A stretch of DNA of 64,000 bases, from NCBI GenBank assembly GCA_964016885.1, contig OZ024744.1:122512001-122576000 (forward strand), given 5' to 3'. The DNA is from Eledone cirrhosa. Lineage: Eukaryota. Shown here piece by piece: positions 56,571-64,000 of the stretch (the first letter of the stretch is position 1; the number at the start of each line of letters is the position of its first letter). The notes below the pieces were generated by a model. That model had not been told where the DNA came from. It made no database searches and worked only from the letters and a program-made list of their open reading frames with translations. The translations under genes were made by a program, and so were the position numbers.

Positions 56571-59500
56571 GATACTAAGATAGACTTTAACCTTGTGATG
56601 GACTGGTGTCCTGTCCAGGGGCAAGTCTTGTACTCTTTCACTTAACACTAATGACATTAAGACAGACTTTAACATTGTGATGGACTGGTGTCCTGTCCCG
56701 GGGGAAGTATTGTACTCTCAGTCACTTAACACCAATGACAATAAGACAGACGTTAACCATGTGATGGACTGGCGTCCTGTCCAGGAGGAAGTCTTGTACT
56801 CTGTCACTTAACACCAATGACACTAAGACAGACTTTAACCTTGTGATGGACTGGTGTCCTGTCCAATGGGAAGTATTGTACTCTGTCACTTAACACTAAT
56901 GACATTAAGACAGACTTTAACATTGTGATGGACTGGTGTCCTGCCCCAGGGGAAGTATTGTACTCTCAGTCACTTAACACCAATGACACTAAGACAGACT
57001 TTATCCATGTGATGCACTGGTGTCCTATCCAGGAGAAGTCTTGTACTCTCCGTCACTTAACACCAATGACACTAAGACAGAGTTTAACCATGTGATGGAC
57101 TGGTGTCCTGTCCAGGGGGAAGTCTTGTACTGTATCACTTAACACCAATGACACTAAGCCAGAGTTTAACCATGTGATGGACTAGTGTCCTGTCCAGGGG
57201 GAAGTCTTGTACTGTATCACTTAACACCAATGACACTAAGACAGACTTTAACTTTGTGATGGATTGGTGTCCTGTCCAGGGACAAGTCTTGTACTCTGTC
57301 ACTTAACCCCAATGTAACTAAGACAGACTTTAACCATGTGATGGACTGGCGTCCTGTCAAGGAGGAAGTCTTGTACTCTGTCACTTAACACCAATGACAC
57401 TAGGACAGACTTTAAGCTTGTGATGCACTGGTGTCCTGTCCAGGGGGAAGTCTTGTAATCTGTCACTTAACACCAATGACACTAAGACAGACTTTACCCA
57501 TGTGATTGACTGGTGTCCTGTCCAGGGGGAAGTCTTGTACTCTGTCACTTAACACCAATGACACTAAGACAGACTTTAACCATGTGATGGACTGGTGACT
57601 TGTCCAGGGGGAAGTCTTGTACTCTGTCACTTAACACCAATGACACTAAGACAGACTTTAACAATGTGATGGACTGGTGTCCTGTCCAGGGACAAGTCTT
57701 GTACTCTGTCACTTAACACCAATGACACTAAGACAAACTCTAAACATGCAATGGACTGGTGTCTTGTCCAGGGGAAAGTCTTGTACTCTGTCACTTAACA
57801 CCAATGACACTAAGACAGACTTTATCCATGTGATGCACTGGTGTCCTGTCCAGGAGAAGTCTTGTACTCTGTCACTTAACACCAATGACACTAAGACAGA
57901 CTTTAACCATGTGATGGACTGGTGTCCTGTCCAGGGGGAAGTCTTGTACTCTGTCACTTAACACCATGACACTAAAACAGACTTTAGCCTTGTGATGCAC
58001 TGGTGTCCTGTCCAGGGACAGGTCTTGTACTCTGTCACTTAACACCAATGACACTAAGACAGGCTCTAAAGACGTGATGGACTGGTGTCCTGTCCAGGGG
58101 GAAGTCTTGTACTCTGTCACTTAACCCCAATGACACTAAGACAGACTTTAACCATGTGATGGACTGGTGTCCTGTCCAGGGGGAAGTCTTGTACTCTGTC
58201 ACTTAACCCCAATGACACTAAGACAGACTTTAACCATATGATGGACTGGTGTCCTGTCCAGGGGGAAGTCTTGTACTCTGTCACTTAACACCAATGACAC
58301 TAAGACAGACTTTAACCATGTGATGGACTGGTGTCCTGTCCAGGGGGAAGTCTTGTACTATGTCACTTAACACCAATGACACTAAGACAGACTTTAACCA
58401 TGTGATGGACTGGTGTCCTGTCCAGGGGGAAGTCTTGTTCTCTGTCACTTAACCCCAATGACACTAAGACAGACTTTAACCATGTGATGGACTGTTGTCC
58501 TGTCCAGGGGGAAGTCTTGTACTCTGTCACTTAACACCAATGACACTAAGTCAGACTTTAACCTTGTAATGGACTGGTGTCCTGTCCAGGGGGAAGTCTT
58601 GTACTCTCAGCCACTTAACAGTAATGACACTAAGACAGACTTTAACCTTGTGATGGACTGGTGTCCTGTCCAGGGGGAAGTATTGTACTCTCAGTCACTT
58701 AACACCAATGACACTAAGACAGACTTTAACCATGTGATGGACTGGTGTCCTGTCCAGGAGAAGTCTTGTACTCTCAGTCACTTAACACCAATGACACTAA
58801 GACAGACTATAACCATGTGATGGATTGGTGACCTGTCCAGGGACAAGTCTTGTACTCTGTCACTGAACACCAATGACACTAAGACAGACTTTAACCTTTT
58901 GATGGACTGGTGTTCTGTCCAGGAGAAGTCTTGTACTCTCAGTCACTTAACACCAATGACACTAAGACAGGCTCTAAAGATGTGATGGACTGGTGTCCTG
59001 TCCAGGGGGAAGTCTTGTACTCTGTCACTTAACACTAATGACACTAAGACAGACTTTAACCTTGTGATGGACTGGTGTCCTGTCCCGGGGGAAGTATTGT
59101 ACTCTCAGTCACTTAACCCCAATGATACTAAGACAGACTTTAACCTTGTGATAGACTGGTGTCCTGTCCAGGGGGAAGTTTTGTACTCTGTCACATAACA
59201 CTAATGACACTAAGACAGACTTTAACCTTGTGATGGACTGGTGTCCTGTCCAGGGGGAAGTATTGTACTCTGTCACTTAACACCAATGACACTAAGACAG
59301 ACTTTAACCATGTGATGGACTGGTGTCCTGTCCAGGGGGAAGTTTTGTACTCTGTCACATAACACTAATGACACTAAGACAGACTTTAACCTTGTGATGG
59401 ACTGGTGTCCTGTCCAGGGGGAAGTATTGTACTCTGTCACTTAACACCAATGACACTAAGACAGACTTTAACCATGTGATGGACTGGTGTCCTGTCCAGG

Positions 59501-62500
59501 GACAAGTCTTGTACTCTGTCACTTAACACCAATGACACTAAGACAAACTCTAAACATGCAATGGACTGGTGTCTTGTCCAGGGGGAAGTCTTGTACTCTG
59601 TCACTTAACACCAATGACACTAAGACAGACTTTAACCTTATGATGCACTGGTGTCCTGTCAAGGAGGAAGTCTTGTACTCTGTCACTTAAGACCAATGAC
59701 ACTAAGACAGACTTTAACCTTGAGATGCACTGGAGTCCTGTCCAGGAGAAGTCTTGTACTCTGTCACTTAACACCAATGCCACTAAGACAGACTTTAACC
59801 ATGTGATGGACTGGTGTCCTGTCAAGGGCCAAGTCTTGTACTCTGTCACTTAACACGAATGACACGAAGACAGACTTTATCCATGTGATGCACTGGTGTC
59901 CTGTCGAGGGAGAAGTCTTGTACTCTGTCACTTAACACCAATGACACTAAGACAGACTTTAACCTTGTGATGCACTGGTGTCCTGTCCAGGGGGAAGTTT
60001 TGTAATCTGTCACTTAACACCAATGACACTAAGACAGACATTATCCATGTGATGCACTGGTGTCCTGTCCAGGGAAAAGTATTGTATTCTCAGCCACTTA
60101 ACACTAATGACACTAAGACAGACTTTAAACTTGTGATGGACTGGTGTCCTGTCCAGTGGGAAGTATTGTACTCTCAGTCACTTAACACCGATGACACTAA
60201 GATAGACTTTAACCATGTAATGGACTGGTGTCCTTTCCAGGGACAAGTCTTGTACTCTGTCACTTAACACCATGACACTAAGACAGACTTTAGCCTTGTG
60301 ATGCACTGGTGTCCTGTCCAGGGACAGGTCTTGTACTCTGTCACTTAACACCAATGACACTAAGACAGGCTCTAAAGATGTGATGGACTGGTGTCCTGTC
60401 CAGGGGGAAGTCTTGTACTCTGTCACTTAACCCCAATGACACTAAGACAGACTTTAACCATATGATGGACTGGTGTCCTGTCCAGGGGGAAGTCTTGTAC
60501 TCTGTCACTTAACACCAATGACACTAAGACAGACTTTAACCATGTGATGGACTGGTGTCCTGTCCAGGGGGAAGTCTTGTACTATGTCACTTAACACCAA
60601 TGACACTAAGACAGACTTTAACCATGTGATGGACTGGTGTCCTGTCCAGGGGGAAGTCTTGTTCTCTGTCACTTAACCCCAATGACACTAAGACAGACTT
60701 TAACCATGTGATGGACTGTTGTCCTGTCCAGGGGGAAGTCTTGTACTCTGTCACTTAACACCAATGACACTAAGTCAGACTTTAACCTTGTAATGGACTG
60801 GTGTCCTGTCCAGGGGGAAGTCTTGTACTCTCAGCCACTTAACAGTAATGACACTAAGACAGACTTTAACCTTGTGATGGACTGGTGTCCTGTCCAGGGG
60901 GAAGTATTGTACTCTCAGTCACTTAACACCAATGACACTAAGACAGACTTTAACCATGTGATGGACTGGTGTCCTGTCCAGGAGAAGTCTTGTACTCTCA
61001 GTCACTTAACACCAATGACACTAAGACAGACTATAACCATGTGATGGATTGGTGACCTGTCCAGGGACAAGTCTTGTACTCTGTCACTGAACACCAATGA
61101 CACTAAGACAGACTTTAACCTTTTGATGGACTGGTGTTCTGTCCAGGAGAAGTCTTGTACTCTCAGTCACTTAACACCAATGACACTAAGACAGGCTCTA
61201 AAGATGTGATGGACTGGTGTCCTGTCCAGGGGGAAGTCTTGTACTCTGTCACTTAACACTAATGATACTAAGATAGACTTTAACCTTGTGATGGACTGGT
61301 GTCCTGTCCAGGGGCAAGTCTTGTACTCTTTCACTTAACACTAATGACATTAAGACAGACTTTAACATTGTGATGGACTGGTGTCCTGTCCCGGGGGAAG
61401 TATTGTACTCTCAGTCACTTAACACCAATGACAATAAGACAGACGTTAACCATGTGATGGACTGGCGTCCTGTCCAGGAGGAAGTCTTGTACTCTGTCAC
61501 TTAACACCAATGACACTAAGACAGACTTTAACCTTGTGATGGACTGGTGTCCTGTCCAATGGGAAGTATTGTACTCTGTCACTTAACACTAATGACATTA
61601 AGACAGACTTTAACATTGTGATGGACTGGTGTCCTGCCCCAGGGGAAGTATTGTACTCTCAGTCACTTAACACCAATGACACTAAGACAGACTTTATCCA
61701 TGTGATGCACTGGTGTCCTATCCAGGAGAAGTCTTGTACTCTCCGTCACTTAACACCAATGACACTAAGACAGAGTTTAACCATGTGATGGACTGGTGTC
61801 CTGTCCAGGGGGAAGTCTTGTACTGTATCACTTAACACCAATGACACTAAGCCAGAGTTTAACCATGTGATGGACTAGTGTCCTGTCCAGGGGGAAGTCT
61901 TGTACTGTATCACTTAACACCAATGACACTAAGACAGACTTTAACTTTGTGATGGATTGGTGTCCTGTCCAGGGACAAGTCTTGTACTCTGTCACTTAAC
62001 CCCAATGTAACTAAGACAGACTTTAACCATGTGATGGACTGGCGTCCTGTCAAGGAGGAAGTCTTGTACTCTGTCACTTAACACCAATGACACTAGGACA
62101 GACTTTAAGCTTGTGATGCACTGGTGTCCTGTCCAGGGGGAAGTCTTGTAATCTGTCACTTAACACCAATGACACTAAGACAGACTTTACCCATGTGATT
62201 GACTGGTGTCCTGTCCAGGGGGAAGTCTTGTACTCTGTCACTTAACACCAATGACACTAAGACAGACTTTAACCATGTGATGGACTGGTGACTTGTCCAG
62301 GGGGAAGTCTTGTACTCTGTCACTTAACACCAATGACACTAAGACAGACTTTAACAATGTGATGGACTGGTGTCCTGTCCAGGGACAAGTCTTGTACTCT
62401 GTCACTTAACACCAATGACACTAAGACAAACTCTAAACATGCAATGGACTGGTGTCTTGTCCAGGGGAAAGTCTTGTACTCTGTCACTTAACACCAATGA

Positions 62501-62900
62501 CACTAAGACAGACTTTATCCATGTGATGCACTGGTGTCCTGTCCAGGAGAAGTCTTGTACTCTGTCACTTAACACCAATGACACTAAGACAGACTTTAAC
62601 CATGTGATGGACTGGTGTCCTGTCCAGGGGGAAGTCTTGTACTCTGTCACTTAACACCATGACACTAAAACAGACTTTAGCCTTGTGATGCACTGGTGTC
62701 CTGTCCAGGGACAGGTCTTGTACTCTGTCACTTAACACCAATGACACTAAGACAGGCTCTAAAGACGTGATGGACTGGTGTCCTGTCCAGGGGGAAGTCT
62801 TGTACTCTGTCACTTAACCCCAATGACACTAAGACAGACTTTAACCATGTGATGGACTGGTGTCCTGTCCAGGGGGAAGTCTTGTACTCTGTCACTTAAC
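53480..62900 (+). repeat. Tandem duplication, period 4693 bp (about 57 monomers)
   Basis: Pairs 53876/58569, 54794/59487, 55356/60049 and 57677/62370. AAGCTT at 57414 and 62107. Confidence 0.95.
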
Positions 62901-64000
62901 ACCAATGACACTAAGACAGACTTTAACCATGTGATGGACTGTTGTCCTGTCCAGGGGGAAGTCTTGTACTCTGTCATTTAACACCAATGACACTAAGTAA
63001 GACTTTAACCTTGTAATGGACTGGTGTCCTGTCCAGGGGGAAGTCTTGTACTCTCAGCCACTTAACACTAATGACACTAAGACAGACTTTAATCTTGTGA
63101 TGGACTGGTGTCCTGTCCAGGGGGAAGTATTGTACTCTGTCACTTAACACCAATGACACTAAGACAGACTTTAACCATGTGATGGACTGGTGTCCTGTCC
63201 AGGGGGAAGTCTTGTACTCTGTCACTTAACACCAATGACACTAAGACAGACTTTAACCATGTGATGGACTGGTGTCCTGTCCAGGGGGAAGTCTTGTACT
63301 CTGTCACTTAACCCCAATGACACTAAGACAGACTATAACCATGTGATGGATTGGTGACCTGTCCAGGGACAAGTCTTGTACTCTGTCACTGAACACCAAT
63401 GACACTAAGACAGACTTTAACCTTTTGATGGACTGGTGTTCTGTCCAGGAGAAGTCTTGTACTCTCAGTCACTTAACACCAATGACACTAAGACAGGCTC
63501 TAAAGATGTGATGGACTGGTGTCCTGTCCAGGGGGAAGTCTTGTACTCTGTCACTTAACACTAATGACACTAAGACAGACTTTAACCTTGTGATGGACTG
63601 GTGTCCTGTCCCGGGGGAAGTATTGTACTCTCAGTCACTTAACCCCAATGATACTAAGACAGACTTTAACCTTGTGATAGACTGGTGTCCTGTCCAGGGG
63701 GAAGTATTGTACTCTGTCACTTAACACCAATGACACTAAGATAGACTGTAACCTTGTGATGGACTGGTGTCCTGTCCAGGGGGAAGTCTTGTACTCTGTC
63801 ACTTAACACCAATGACACTAAGATGGACTGGTGTCCTGTCCAGGGGGAAGTCTTGTACTCTGTCACTTAACACTAATGACACTAAGATAGACTTTAACCT
63901 TGTGATGGACTGGTGTCCTGTCCAGGGGCAAGTCTTGTACTCTTTCACTTAACACTAATGACATTAAGACAGACTTTAACATTGTGATGGACTGGTGTCC

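Larger units (their letters stand above)
5531..64000 (+). repeat. 82/84-bp satellite array, about 710 head-to-tail monomers, open at the window end
   Basis: Consensus GTCTTGTACTCTGTCACTTAACACCAATGACACTAAGACAGACTTTAACC(A/T)TGTGATGGACTGGTGTCCTGTCCAGGGGGAA (82 bp). Length variants: 84 bp (CTCTCAGTCA), 81 bp (CAGGAGAA or ACACCATGA), 64 bp and 85 bp. I saw no inversions and no foreign insertions. Confidence 0.99.

Noticed and set aside
5544-63952. The many short ORFs (61-138 aa) on both strands
   Set aside because: All are translations of the 82/84-bp repeat. Frames open and close with monomer indels, the unit length is not a multiple of 3, and I recognise no domain.
5531-64000. CRISPR array
   Set aside because: No unique spacers. 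The whole unit repeats with point variants, there are no cas genes, and the context is eukaryotic.
5531-64000. Hammerhead ribozyme satellite
   Set aside because: No CUGANGA...GAAA core on either strand of the consensus.
5531-64000. CENP-B box
   Set aside because: The motif needs TTCG....A..CGGG. The consensus has no CpG, and CCCGGGGG variants lack the upstream TTCG.
5531-64000. Tandem tRNA, 5S, snRNA or intact SINE genes
   Set aside because: No A/B boxes, cloverleaf, 5S or snRNA motif is recognisable. Only a SINE central-domain-like part is present.
5531-64000. G-quadruplex array from GGGGG runs
   Set aside because: There is only one long G-run per 82 bp, and it is often disrupted (GGAGAA, GGGACA).

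Overview
The window has no genes. It is entirely eukaryotic (animal-type) satellite DNA in two abutting head-to-tail arrays. (1) 1-~5502: about 220 copies of a G/T-rich 25-bp unit (GTAGTTAGGTTTAGGGTTCTATACT) carrying TTAGGG and TTAGGT hexamers, organised as two copies of a ~2.7-kb (108-monomer) higher-order repeat. (2) 5503-5531: a 29-bp linker with three perfect TTAGGG hexamers. (3) 5531-64000: about 710 copies of an 82/84-bp unit, with nested recent duplications at offsets of 1.9-8.5 kb. All listed ORFs are by-products of the repeat. The most interesting points are as follows. The 82-bp unit resembles, from memory and unverified, the conserved central domain of MetaSINE-type retroposons. It can fold on the + strand into a hairpin whose loop is complementary to a downstream hexamer (a pseudoknot or kissing loop). 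This array is joined directly to the distal side of a telomeric-repeat remnant. Function, organism and novelty cannot be established from the sequence alone.
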